Positions 20,201 to 29,226 of a stretch of 64,000 bases of DNA are shown here, in pieces. The notes beneath the pieces are model-generated. The model did not search any database. It saw only the letters and a program-made list of their open reading frames with translations, and was not told the origin of the DNA. Source of the stretch: an uncultured Candidatus Saccharibacteria bacterium (GTDB taxonomy: Bacteria; Patescibacteriota; Minisyncoccia; Ryanbacterales; 2-02-FULL-48-12). The number at the start of each line of letters is the position of its first letter. The first letter of the stretch is position 1. The position numbers and the translations under genes were made by a program. The stretch covers positions 13,715 to 77,714 of the forward strand of contig CAYZNS010000004.1 in assembly GCA_964479945.1 (NCBI GenBank). The letters run 5' to 3'.

Positions 20201-20446
20201 TTCGGCGAGATGGAAGTATGGGCGCTGGAAGGATTCGGCGCCGCACACACGCTGCAGGAGATGCTTACCATAAAATCTGACGACGTTGCCGGGCGCGTGT
20301 CCACATATGACGCCATTGTGCGCGGGGAGCCGTTTAAGAATCCAAATATTCCGGCGTCATTTCATGTGCTTGTAAATGAACTTAAAGGATTAGCTTTAGA
20401 CGTGGATCTTGTACATGAAGCCAAGCATGAACTTGAGAGAGAATAA
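17282..20446 (+). CDS. rpoB: DNA-directed RNA polymerase subunit beta (compact)
   Basis: full RpoB motif set, 1054 aa. Confidence 0.95.
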   Translation: MQKKYFSRYKEPLMPLPDLVDMQVSSFRWMLEKGMHELFSDFFPVEDYSGGLRLEFAEFALEDPKHDEYHARDHNLSYEAPLRLRLRLVNKKTGELKEQEVFLGDFPLMTKRGTFVINGVERVIVSQLARSFGVYFTEYYLRGKKFFGAKIVPSRGAWLEFETDIDGAIYVKIDRKRRIPVSSLLRILGLHTDDEIKNAFGTVDNTDVSYIGRTLEKDTARTLDEAYVELYKRIRPGDLATVDNARELLQSMFGSDRYDLSLVGRYKFNQRLQLESGTKAGTRVLDAQDITAVVSEIIRMNQNPHLTADDIDHLGNRRVRGIGEMLQSRLRIGLARMERIIKDRMSTLDASLLTPVQLVNARPFMAAMKEFFTTNQLSQFMDQTNILAELEHKRRVSALGPGGLTRERAGFEVRDVHPSHYGRICPIQTPEGPNIGLVGHLASYARISEYGIIETPYRKVEDGKLTSEIQYLTAFEEARFNIAHAGVPYLSDGTIAEDLVEARVKGQPGVVSKSDIQYMDISPQQAISIATSLIPFLEHDDANRALMGSNMQRQAVPNILPQAPLVATGVEGRVARDSGLVVVAEEAGTVTAVDAREIIVKESKQERTYQLITYLRSNNATALHHRPLVHVGEKIEKGQVLADNLSTNNGQLALGQNILVSFLSWGGSNYEDAIILSERLVQRDAFSTVHIEDFTINVRDTKLGPEVTTHDIPNVGEDKLKDLDEEGIVRIGAEVRPGDILVGKISPKGESDLTPEERLLRAIFGEKARDVKDSSLRMPIGKQGRVVGVKVFSRDQGDRLESGVIKSVRVEVAQLRKVLVGDKLAGRHGNKGVISRILPVEDMPHLKDGTPVDIILNPLGVASRMNIGQILETHLGWAAGTAGYQAITPSLLGASDEEIHAELEAAGLPEDGKVELYDGRSGELFGQRVTVGIIYMMKLTHMVEDKIHMRSIGPYSLITQQPLGGKAQGGGQRFGEMEVWALEGFGAAHTLQEMLTIKSDDVAGRVSTYDAIVRGEPFKNPNIPASFHVLVNELKGLALDVDLVHEAKHELERE

Positions 20447-20738
20447 CACAATTTACCATGAATCAAGAATTATGAATTATGGGATTTGAAAGTAATAAGA
20501 GCCTATCTCAAAAATAATGAGGAGCTGAAATCCTTAAAATTCGTTGCGAAAATTGCAAAAAATGAGGAGGCATAGCGAGCTATGGCGACGAGTTTTTTGC
20601 AATTTGCAGCCGAATTTTAAAGATTTCAGCCCTCAAGTGCCATAATTTGTTATATTTGCACGGTTATTTTTGAGATAGGCTCAAGTTAATGCTTCTTTTT
20701 TCCTTAATTCATAATTCAAGATTCATAATTCATATTTC
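20447..20738. repeat. 292-nt nested near-perfect palindrome forming the rpoB-rpoC spacer
   Basis: outer catgaatcaagaattatgaatt / aattcataattcaagattcataattcat; perfect 19-bp GAGCCTATCTCAAAAATAA/TTATTTTTGAGATAGGCTC; further nested arms. Confidence 0.7.
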
Positions 20739-23700
20739 ATGAACACTTTAGAAAAAGACAACATAATAGTAGATCAGAATTTTGACGCAATTGCCTTGCG
20801 GCTGGCTTCGCCCGCGCGCATGTTGGAGTGGTCGCATGGGGAAGTCTTGAAACCGGAAACCATCAACTACCGCACCCAGCGGCCGGAGCGCGACGGTTTG
20901 TTTTGCGAGCGCATATTCGGGCCAGAGAAGGATTACGAGTGTTACTGCGGAAAATACCGCCGCATCCGTTTTAAAGGCATCATCTGCGACAAATGCGGCG
21001 TTGAAGTTACGCGCGCGGTGGTGCGAAGAGAACGCATGGGGCATATTGCGCTGGCGTCTCCCGTTTCGCACATTTGGTTCTTACGCGGCGTGCCTTCCAA
21101 AATGAGCTTGCTCTTGGGCGTCTCCGTCAGCGATCTGGAGAAAGTAATTTATTTCGCGGGCTATATTGTACAGCATGTGGACGAGGATCGGCGCCGGGAG
21201 GTTTTGTCAGAGATTGAGCGCGAGTATAAATTGAAATTGAAAGCGGGCGTGCGGGACAAAGACACGCTGAAAGAGGCGGCTGACCAGGCAAAGTCGGAAG
21301 TAAAAAGCATCACGCGCATGCAGGTGCTCTCGGAAGTGGAATATCACCACATCAGCATGAAATACGCCAATCTCTTCCGCGCGGGCATAGGTGCCGAAGC
21401 GTTGTACGATATTTGCACGGGTGTTGATTTTACCGTGTTGGAATCAAGCTTGAATGAAGAAGCGGAGCGCTCTTCAAATCCGGTGCAGAAGCGAAAAATA
21501 TTAAAACGCTTGCAGCTTGTCCGGGCCATGCAGACTACCGGCATACGTCCCGAATGGATGTTTCTTACCATTATTCCAGTTATTCCGCCGGCGCTGCGGC
21601 CCATGGTTCCCCTTGATGGCGGGCGGCACGCAACCAGCGATGTCAACGATTTATACCGGAGAGTAATCAACCGGAACAACCGCTTGAAACGCCTCTATGA
21701 ACTCAAAGCGCCTGAAGTAATATGCCGCAATGAAAAGCGCATGCTGCAGGAAGCGGTGGACGCGTTGATAGACAACTCTATCCGGCGGGGACAGGCAGTG
21801 GTAACGTCGCAGGCGCAAAAGCGCCCGCTGCGTTCTCTCGCCGACATGCTCAAAGGCAAGCAAGGGCGGTTCCGGCAAAATTTGCTGGGCAAGCGCGTGG
21901 ATTACTCCGGGCGTTCCGTTATTGTGGTAGGGCCTGACTTGAAACTGCATCAGTGCGGCTTGCCGAAGCATATGGCATTAGAGTTGTTTCGTCCATTCGT
22001 AATCCGAAAAATCATTGAGCGCGGGCTTGCGTTTAACATCCGCGGCGCCGGACGCCTTATTGAAGACGCGACCCCCGACGTATGGGCGATTTTGGAAGAG
22101 GTGGTGGATGGCAAATACGTGCTCTTAAATCGCGCGCCCACGCTGCATCGCTTGGGAATCCAGGCATTCCAGCCGAAACTTATTGAAGGCCGCGCTATAC
22201 AGCTGCATCCGCTCTCGTGCGAAGCGTTTAATGCCGATTTCGACGGCGACCAGATGGCGGTGCACGTGCCGCTTACGAAAGAAGCGCAGTATGAGGCGCG
22301 TGAAATTATGGCGGCGGAAAAAAATTTGCTCAAACCCGGCACGGGCGATGCCATCGCGCGGCCGCAGCAAGATATCGTGCTTGGCTGCTACTGGCTGACG
22401 CAAGTAAAGGATGGCGCGCAAGGGGAGGGCAAAATATTTTCCGACCGCCAAGAAGCGTTGATGGCGCTGGAACACGGCGCGGTGAGTCTGCAGGCGAAGA
22501 TTAAAGTGCGGTTAACCGAGAATGAATTGGAGCTTACGGAAACAACCCCCGGTCGCATTATTTTCAATAACGCCCTGCCGGATGGATTTGAGTTTGTTAA
22601 TAACGGGCTCAATAAAAAATTTCTCACGGCGCTTACGAGTAAAATCGTACGCCAGTACGGCGCGGAGGGATCGGCCCCCATTCTGGACAGCATAAAAGAT
22701 ATTGGTTTCGAGTATGCCACGCGTTCGGGTATAAGCTGGGGCATCAGCGATCTGCCGGAGTTGACCCGCAAGAAAGAGATTATTGATCAAGCGCTCGCGG
22801 ATGCGCAAGTGGTTCGCGATCAGTTTGAGCGCGGACTGCTTACGGACACAGAGCGCTATGCCAAGGTGGTGGAAATTTGGAATACGAAAGTAAAGCCTCA
22901 AATAGACAAAGAGGTGCGGGAATCTTTGGATAAGGCAGGCCCTATTTTCTCCATGATCGATTCCGCCGCGCGCGGCTCTTGGGTACAGGTAAACCAAATG
23001 GCGGGCATGAAAGGCATGGTCGTCAATCCATCCGGCCGGATTATTGAGCTTCCCATTGTTTCCAGTTATAAAGAAGGCCTCAATGTGCTTGAATATTTCA
23101 TATCTACGCACGGCGCGCGTAAAGGCACGGCGGATACGGCATTAAAAACCGCGGCGGCCGGCTATTTGACGCGGCGTTTGGTTGATGTGGCCCAGGATGT
23201 GGTGGTAACGGAGGAAGATTGCAATGATGATAACGGCCTCATTGCGTACCGGAAGGATGTGGAAGAGGTAAATAAAAGTTTCGCTTCGCGCATATTCGGG
23301 CGCACGCTGCTGGCCGATGCGCGGCATCCGGAAACAAAGAAGGCGCTTGCGCGCGCCGGCGAAATAATTACCATTGACATGGCGGAACTTATTGATAAGT
23401 CCGGGCTTTCTACGGTGCATCTGCGCTCTCCCGTAACGTGCAAGACGCGCCGCGGCGTGTGCCAGGCATGTTATGGCTATGATTTGGGGACAAATTCGCA
23501 AGTGCGTATCGGCGAGGCGGTTGGCATTGTAGCGGCCCAGGCGATCGGCGAGCCCGGCACCCAGCTTACCATGCGCACATTCCATATCGGCGGCGTGGCG
23601 GGCGGCGGCGATATCACGCTTGGCTTGCCCCGCGTGGAAGAAATATTTGAAATACGCACGCCGAAGACGAAGGCGATTATTTCCGAGGTAAACGGAAAGG

Positions 23701-24410
23701 TGTTGGAGATTAAGGATGAAAACCGCGACCGCATCGTACGCGTTCTTCCCGATGACGACGACGGCACAAAGCGCGATGTGCAGGAATATACGATTCCGTT
23801 CGGCAAGGGTGTGGTGGTAAGCGAACATGATGTGATAACAAAAGGCCAGCCGGTCTCTGACGGCATTGTGGATACGAAAGATCTCTTTAAGGTGGCCGGC
23901 ATAGCCGAAGCGCAGAATTATATTATTCGGGAAATCGGCAAAGTATACGCGCTGCAGGGCTCTCCTATTAACGAAAAGCATATTGAAGTCATTGTGCGCC
24001 AGATGTTTTCGCGCATACGGGTGAAGACCGCGGGTTCCACGCGTTTCAGCGAAGACGAAATAGTGGAGCGCGACCGCTTTCTGGAAGAAAATGACCGCGC
24101 GCTTGCCGCGAACGGCGATCCCGCAAAAGGCGTGCGGCTTTTGATAGGCATTTCCAAGACGGCGCTTTCGGTTTCCAGCTTCCTCTCGGCCGCAAGCTTC
24201 CAGGAGACCACGCGTGTTCTTATTAATGCGGCCATAGAAGGGCAGGTTGATCATCTGCGGGGCCTTAAGGAAAACGTAATAATCGGGCGCCTGATACCGG
24301 CTGGCACGGGATACCGCAAAGACATTCCAAAAACGATCGGACCGACCTACACCGAAGACGAAGAAGCGGAGGTGGAGATAGAAGAGATGGCAATGGAAGA
24401 ACAGGTGTAA
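20739..24410 (+). CDS. rpoC: DNA-directed RNA polymerase subunit beta'
   Basis: NADFDGD catalytic motif, Zn-binding CxxC N-terminus, 1223 aa. Confidence 0.95.
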   Translation: MNTLEKDNIIVDQNFDAIALRLASPARMLEWSHGEVLKPETINYRTQRPERDGLFCERIFGPEKDYECYCGKYRRIRFKGIICDKCGVEVTRAVVRRERMGHIALASPVSHIWFLRGVPSKMSLLLGVSVSDLEKVIYFAGYIVQHVDEDRRREVLSEIEREYKLKLKAGVRDKDTLKEAADQAKSEVKSITRMQVLSEVEYHHISMKYANLFRAGIGAEALYDICTGVDFTVLESSLNEEAERSSNPVQKRKILKRLQLVRAMQTTGIRPEWMFLTIIPVIPPALRPMVPLDGGRHATSDVNDLYRRVINRNNRLKRLYELKAPEVICRNEKRMLQEAVDALIDNSIRRGQAVVTSQAQKRPLRSLADMLKGKQGRFRQNLLGKRVDYSGRSVIVVGPDLKLHQCGLPKHMALELFRPFVIRKIIERGLAFNIRGAGRLIEDATPDVWAILEEVVDGKYVLLNRAPTLHRLGIQAFQPKLIEGRAIQLHPLSCEAFNADFDGDQMAVHVPLTKEAQYEAREIMAAEKNLLKPGTGDAIARPQQDIVLGCYWLTQVKDGAQGEGKIFSDRQEALMALEHGAVSLQAKIKVRLTENELELTETTPGRIIFNNALPDGFEFVNNGLNKKFLTALTSKIVRQYGAEGSAPILDSIKDIGFEYATRSGISWGISDLPELTRKKEIIDQALADAQVVRDQFERGLLTDTERYAKVVEIWNTKVKPQIDKEVRESLDKAGPIFSMIDSAARGSWVQVNQMAGMKGMVVNPSGRIIELPIVSSYKEGLNVLEYFISTHGARKGTADTALKTAAAGYLTRRLVDVAQDVVVTEEDCNDDNGLIAYRKDVEEVNKSFASRIFGRTLLADARHPETKKALARAGEIITIDMAELIDKSGLSTVHLRSPVTCKTRRGVCQACYGYDLGTNSQVRIGEAVGIVAAQAIGEPGTQLTMRTFHIGGVAGGGDITLGLPRVEEIFEIRTPKTKAIISEVNGKVLEIKDENRDRIVRVLPDDDDGTKRDVQEYTIPFGKGVVVSEHDVITKGQPVSDGIVDTKDLFKVAGIAEAQNYIIREIGKVYALQGSPINEKHIEVIVRQMFSRIRVKTAGSTRFSEDEIVERDRFLEENDRALAANGDPAKGVRLLIGISKTALSVSSFLSAASFQETTRVLINAAIEGQVDHLRGLKENVIIGRLIPAGTGYRKDIPKTIGPTYTEDEEAEVEIEEMAMEEQV

Positions 24411-24469
24411 GCAGTTGTAAGTAGTAAGTTGTAAGTTCTAAATAAAAAAACTGATAAATAAACAGTAAA

Positions 24470-24540
24470 AACCCCCTTCTCTGACCCCACCGTAATCCTC
24501 CCCTTATGAAGGGAAGGAAAGAGGAGGGGTTTTTTGTTTT
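24470..24540 (+). terminator. two-tier GC hairpin plus T-run (rpoC terminator)
   Basis: CCCCTTCTCT…AGAGGAGGGG stem then GGTTTTTTGTTTT. Confidence 0.55.
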
Positions 24541-24674
24541 GAATAATGGGACTGTTGCCGAATGGCACTTTTAGCGATTTTTGCCCGAAAATATCCTTAT
24601 TTTTCAACAGGCAAATTTAAAAAAACGGCATTCGGCAACAGTCCCATAATACAAGAGCTCATAAACATTTGCGA

Positions 24675-24708
24675 ATTACGAAACTCCACCAACGTTGTCA
24701 TTGCGAGG
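24675..24708 (+). repeat. 34-nt dispersed motif ATTACGAAACTC(C/T)(ACC/GTC)AACGTTGTCATTGCGAGG, copy 1
   Basis: second copy at 53575-53608 with 4 mismatches. Confidence 0.6.
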
Positions 24709-24857
24709 GCTATCCGCGCCTAGGCGGATCCGCCTTGGGCGGAAAATTCGTACGTTTTTATTCCCAATTTATCCAAATGAAAACCGCCCGACCAATGCCA
24801 GACGGTTTAATGGCAAGAACTCGCAAATCAGAGCAAGTGCCAGGATTGTGATCAGTT

Positions 24858-25034
24858 AGAAAGTGTTTACAAACCCTTCGTAGCGAAGCTTTCCTGCTTT
24901 GAGCTGATACAAGGAAGGCAAGTAAAACGGCATAAGGCGTAGCAACGCTACGGTGAAATGCTGTTTTACGCAGCCTGACGCCGTAGCAGCCAAAGCAGGA
25001 AAGCTGCAGTAGAAGGGGTTTGTAAACACTTTCT
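24858..25034. repeat. 177-nt rod-like hairpin element with 5' GCCAGGATTGTGA box
   Basis: perfect 19-bp outer stem AGAAAGTGTTTACAAACCC/GGGTTTGTAAACACTTTCT, 14-bp second stem, internal GCTACGG/CCGTAGC stem. Confidence 0.6.
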
Positions 25035-25076
25035 TAGTGACTTACAACTTACAACTTTTTTTGCTATACTATACTC

Positions 25077-27335
25077 ATGTTTTGGAGCAGGAAAAAGGCA
25101 AAAAAGAAGCGGCGGGAGCAACGGCGGGAAATTGAGGAAGAAGAGGAGGAGCGTGCGCCCTGGCATGCTGATTTGCATACGGAGACGAAGCGGTCGGTAT
25201 GGGCGGTTCTTTCGTTTTGCATGGCGCTTATATTTCTTCTGGCATGGTTTGGAAAAGCGGGGCTTGCGGGGGAGCGCATCTCGTCGTTTTTCACGCTCTT
25301 GTTCGGCAACGCTTTTCTCGTAGTGCCGATTATGTTTCTTCTTGCAGGCATATCTTTTTTGTTTGGCATGCGCCAACGCGTGATGGGGGGTACCTTTTTC
25401 GGAGCGCTTCTGTTTTTAGTAAGCGTGCTGGGATTAGGCGAGATTATCGGCGGCCCGGAGACAAGCGGCTATGTGGGGCTTGGCATTGCGTTGGCGCCCC
25501 TGAAATTTTTTGACGTTGCCGCAAGCAGTATAATATTCGGTACCATTCTTTTAATATCGCTTCTCCTCATGTTTAACAAAGCGCTGGTGCCGCGGCGGAT
25601 AGAGAAGGAAGAACCGCAGAAAGAGATGCCGGTAAACGAAATGAATACCACAGATGAGGAGCATGCTGCCACAGAGAAGAGAGGACTCTTCGCGCGCATG
25701 GTACGTTTTTTGTTTGGCAAACGGCAGTTTCAAGCAGATATGCCCGCCGCGCTGGAACCTGTTGCAACGAGTGAAGAGATGGCGCCGGCATCTGCGGCAA
25801 TAGAACCGGCGCTGCAGGAGATGCCGGCCCCGTTGGATGATGGGGTGCTGCCGATAAAAGATGATAAGCCGGTTGCCTATCGGCGCGTTCCCTCAAGCTA
25901 TAAGCCGCCGCCGCTGAATCTGTTGGAAGAGGATCGCGGCAAGCCATCATCGGGCGATGTGCGTGCGAATGCGAATATCATCCAGCGCACGCTTCAGAAC
26001 TTTGACATTGACGTGGACATGGGAGAGGTGAATATAGGTCCCTCGGTAACACAATATACCTTAAAGCCCGCCGAAGGCATAAAACTTGAGCGCATTACAA
26101 ATCTTGCCAGCAACCTTGGCATGGCGTTGGCAGCTCATCCGTTACGCATTGAAGCGCCTATTCCCGGCAGATCGCTCGTGGGTGTTGAAGTACCGAATAA
26201 ATCTATCTCATTTGTGGGACTGCGAAGGCTGATGGCAGAATTTACCGCGAAAAAACGTGAAATGGTACTCGGATTCGCGTTGGGACGGGATGTTACGGGC
26301 ACCGCCGTGTTTACAGATATTGCGCGTATGCCGCATCTGCTCATCGCCGGCAGCACGGGATCTGGTAAATCTGTTACCATTCATTCTTTACTCTTAAGTC
26401 TTTTATTTTCTAATCCGCCGGAGATGCTGCGGTTTATTATGATAGATCCAAAGCGCGTGGAGATGGTGTATTACAGCGATATTCCGCATTTGCTCACGCC
26501 CGTGGTAACGGAAGCCAAGAAAGCGATTGTCGCGCTTCGGTGGGCAGTCAGGGAAATGGAACAGCGGTACAAAATGCTCCAGGATGCGCGTGCCCGCGAT
26601 ATTGTTTCTTACAACAGCGATGCCGCCAATGCTGATATATTGCCGCATGTTGTGATAATAGTAGACGAGCTTGCGGAGTTGATGGCAATCTATCCGCGGG
26701 AAGTGGAAGCAAACATCACGCGGTTGAGTTCAATGGCGCGCGCGGTAGGAATTCACCTTGTGGTTTCCACGCAGCGGCCATCGGTGAATGTTATAACCGG
26801 CCTTATCAAAGCGAATATCACCACGCGCATTGCGCTTCAAGTGGCGTCCCAGATAGATTCGCGGACCATTCTGGGCGCCGCGGGCGCCGAGAAGCTTTTG
26901 GGGAAAGGGGATATGTTGTATCAACAGGGCGATGGCGCCAAACCGCGGCGCATCCAAGGCGTGTTTGTATCGGAATCGGAAGTAAAGCGTGTTACGCAAT
27001 ATTTGCAGCAATTGGCAGGAGATGTGTATCCGGCTGCCGTAGATGATCAGGACGTTATTTTCGGCGGGCAGAGCTCGGAGGAAATTAAACTTGAAGGTGA
27101 AGAAGCAGACGATGAAAAATATGAAGAAGCGCGAGAGCTTGTAATTGCCGCGGGGAAGGCGTCTATTTCCATGCTTCAACGGCGGCTTGGACTAGGGTAT
27201 GCGCGGGCCGGGAAACTTATTGATATGCTTGAAGACCGCGGCGTGGTTGGGCCGGGCGATGGAGCTAAGCCGCGGGATGTGCTGGTAAGCCGTGAGGCGG
27301 AGAACGTGCTTGAGCGGGATTTGCATGAAGCGTAG
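25077..27335 (+). CDS. ftsK: DNA translocase FtsK/SpoIIIE
   Basis: N-terminal TM region, Walker A GSTGSGKS, C-terminal gamma winged-helix domain. Confidence 0.9.
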   Translation: MFWSRKKAKKKRREQRREIEEEEEERAPWHADLHTETKRSVWAVLSFCMALIFLLAWFGKAGLAGERISSFFTLLFGNAFLVVPIMFLLAGISFLFGMRQRVMGGTFFGALLFLVSVLGLGEIIGGPETSGYVGLGIALAPLKFFDVAASSIIFGTILLISLLLMFNKALVPRRIEKEEPQKEMPVNEMNTTDEEHAATEKRGLFARMVRFLFGKRQFQADMPAALEPVATSEEMAPASAAIEPALQEMPAPLDDGVLPIKDDKPVAYRRVPSSYKPPPLNLLEEDRGKPSSGDVRANANIIQRTLQNFDIDVDMGEVNIGPSVTQYTLKPAEGIKLERITNLASNLGMALAAHPLRIEAPIPGRSLVGVEVPNKSISFVGLRRLMAEFTAKKREMVLGFALGRDVTGTAVFTDIARMPHLLIAGSTGSGKSVTIHSLLLSLLFSNPPEMLRFIMIDPKRVEMVYYSDIPHLLTPVVTEAKKAIVALRWAVREMEQRYKMLQDARARDIVSYNSDAANADILPHVVIIVDELAELMAIYPREVEANITRLSSMARAVGIHLVVSTQRPSVNVITGLIKANITTRIALQVASQIDSRTILGAAGAEKLLGKGDMLYQQGDGAKPRRIQGVFVSESEVKRVTQYLQQLAGDVYPAAVDDQDVIFGGQSSEEIKLEGEEADDEKYEEARELVIAAGKASISMLQRRLGLGYARAGKLIDMLEDRGVVGPGDGAKPRDVLVSREAENVLERDLHEA

Positions 27336-27352
27336 ATATAAGTAGATATAAT

Positions 27353-27733
27353 ATGATTTTAACTTCCGACTATCTTAAAGAATCACGCAGGACGCTCCTT
27401 AAAAAACGGGTGCGGCTGTTCGTTGCAATAAGTACTATTTTCTTGGTGGGCGCCTATTTTGCTTATCAGACGAGCGACGCCATGCGTCCGCCGGAACTTG
27501 AGATAGCGCAGCCCGCCGACGGCGCCACGCTTGACGGGCCGGTAGTTGTGGTGGAAGGTTTTGTCACGCCCGGCATCCGATTGACAGTGTATGGCGTAGA
27601 AGCGTATAGTGGGAACGATGGACGGTTCTACGTAGAGCTGCTGTTACCGGCGGGGTTGCATGTTATAGGTATCAGCGCGGAAAACAGGTTTGGTAAAACA
27701 AGTTCCCTGGAGCGCAGAATAGTGGTGAAATAA
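27353..27733 (+). CDS. hypothetical membrane-anchored protein with beta-rich extracytoplasmic domain
   Basis: single N-terminal TM helix, 126 aa. Confidence 0.4.
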   Translation: MILTSDYLKESRRTLLKKRVRLFVAISTIFLVGAYFAYQTSDAMRPPELEIAQPADGATLDGPVVVVEGFVTPGIRLTVYGVEAYSGNDGRFYVELLLPAGLHVIGISAENRFGKTSSLERRIVVK

Positions 27734-27855
27734 CTTTGAATAACGAAAACCGCAGGGAATGTGACTAACCGAGCTCTGCACACAAGCGAAGCGAAGTGTG
27801 AATAGCTCGGTTTGGCACATTCCAGATGTCAAATAATGCGTTTCGTTATTCAAAG
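27734..27855. repeat. long palindromic element, copy A of the GTGACTARCCGAGCT family
   Basis: outer inverted repeat CTTTGAATAACGAAA/TTTCGTTATTCAAAG; core boxes GTGACTAACCGAGCTC and AGCTCGGTTTGGCAC; inner hairpin CACAC…GTGTG. Confidence 0.75.
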
Positions 27856-27871
27856 TAAATAAGCAATACGT

Positions 27872-28912
27872 ATGCAAAAAACAGCCCAAAAGGAACAAAA
27901 ACAAAAAAAAGCGGAGGTCGCAGTGGATAAAGTCGCGGCAGTTGATGAAGTAGTAAAAGAAATTCAGGGCCGGTACGGCGAAGGGTCGCTTATGCGGCTG
28001 GGCGGCATGCGCAAGGTTGATGTGGAGGTGATACCCACCGGCTCTTTTACGCTGGATATGGCTTTGGGCGTAGGCGGCATACCGCGCGGACGCATTGTAG
28101 AGATTTTCGGACCTGAATCTTCCGGCAAAACGACGTTGGCTTTGCACGTTGTGGCTAATTCCCAGCGAATGGGCGGCATATGCGCTTTTATTGACGCGGA
28201 GCATGCGCTGGATCCCGAATACGCGAAGCGCATAGGTGTCAAAACGGAAAACCTGCTTGTCTCGCAGCCTGACAGCGGCGAGCAGGCGCTTGAGATTGCC
28301 GAGAGCTTAGTCCGAAGCGGCGGCATTGACCTTATTGTCATAGACTCTGTCGCGGCATTGACCCCGCGGGCTGAAATTGAAGGAGACATGGGCCAACAGC
28401 ATGTGGGCCTGCAGGCGCGCTTGATGTCGCACGCGCTCCGGAAGCTCACGGGAGCAGTATCACGCACGCACACCACCATTATTTTTACCAACCAGGTACG
28501 CATGCAGATTGGCATGATGTATGGAAACCCGGAAACCACGCCGGGCGGCAAAGCGCTTAAATTCTATGCATCAGTGCGCGTAGAAGTGCGGCGTGCGGCA
28601 AAAATCCAGAAAGGAGAGGAGGTTATCGGCAGCCGTACGCGGGCAAAGGTGGTGAAAAATAAAGTGGCGCCGCCATTTCGCACGGCCGAGTTTGATATTA
28701 TGTACAATCAGGGCATCTCCTATGAGGGTGATGTTATTACCGTGGGCGCAAAATACGGCATCATAAAAAAGGCGGGCGCGTCGTTCTCCTATGGTGATAT
28801 AAAGTTAGGGCAAGGGATGGAAAATGCAAAAAAGTTTCTCCGCGAGAACAAAAAAACAACCGACGAGGTTGTAAGGGAAGTAAAAAAGAAGCTGGACGAG
28901 GAGAAAGAATAA
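27872..28912 (+). CDS. recA: recombinase RecA
   Basis: GPESSGKTT Walker A, L1/L2 loops, 346 aa. Confidence 0.95.
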   Translation: MQKTAQKEQKQKKAEVAVDKVAAVDEVVKEIQGRYGEGSLMRLGGMRKVDVEVIPTGSFTLDMALGVGGIPRGRIVEIFGPESSGKTTLALHVVANSQRMGGICAFIDAEHALDPEYAKRIGVKTENLLVSQPDSGEQALEIAESLVRSGGIDLIVIDSVAALTPRAEIEGDMGQQHVGLQARLMSHALRKLTGAVSRTHTTIIFTNQVRMQIGMMYGNPETTPGGKALKFYASVRVEVRRAAKIQKGEEVIGSRTRAKVVKNKVAPPFRTAEFDIMYNQGISYEGDVITVGAKYGIIKKAGASFSYGDIKLGQGMENAKKFLRENKKTTDEVVREVKKKLDEEKE

Positions 28913-28919
28913 TAACCGA

Positions 28920-29120
28920 TTATCTCAATGTAAACGGGAGCAGTGCCAAGTGCCGCGCGTGTTTTATGGCGCGCGTAAGACGGCGCTGGCACGAAGCACA
29001 AGTGCCTGTTTTGCGGCGGGGCTGTATTTTTGCCTGCGTATTTATAAACCCGCGCAAAATCTCCGTATCTTTATAATCAATAAGCTGTACGTTATTTACG
29101 CAAAATTGACATTGTTTCAT
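28920..29120 (-). CDS. rpsR: 30S ribosomal protein S18
   Basis: CQFC…IDYKD…PRRKTG…ALLP signature. Confidence 0.85.
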   Translation of the reverse strand: MKQCQFCVNNVQLIDYKDTEILRGFINTQAKIQPRRKTGTCASCQRRLTRAIKHARHLALLPFTLR

Positions 29121-29124
29121 AAAT

Positions 29125-29217
29125 CTCGTAACTCGTAATCCGTAACTCGTAATCCGTACCAGGAAGATTAATAAGATAAAATTCCTTTGTACGAGTTACG
29201 GTTTACGGATTACGAAT
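29125..29217. repeat. hairpin of CTCGTAA/TTACGAG heptamer repeats between rpsR and ssb
   Basis: ctcgtaactcgtaatccgtaactcgtaatccgta … tacgagttacggtttacggattacga inverted arms. Confidence 0.7.
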
Positions 29218-29226
29218 CCCTGTTTT

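Noticed and set aside
23142-24254. 370-aa minus-strand ORF
   Set aside because: Antisense to rpoC, with no independent support.
24858-25034. 6S RNA or SRP RNA identity for the 177-nt rod-like hairpin
   Set aside because: The GGAAGG apical region only loosely resembles SRP helix 8, and no central bubble typical of 6S is evident. The element shares its 5' box with the palindromic repeat family, so a selfish-element origin is equally likely. Kept as a finding, not called as an ncRNA.
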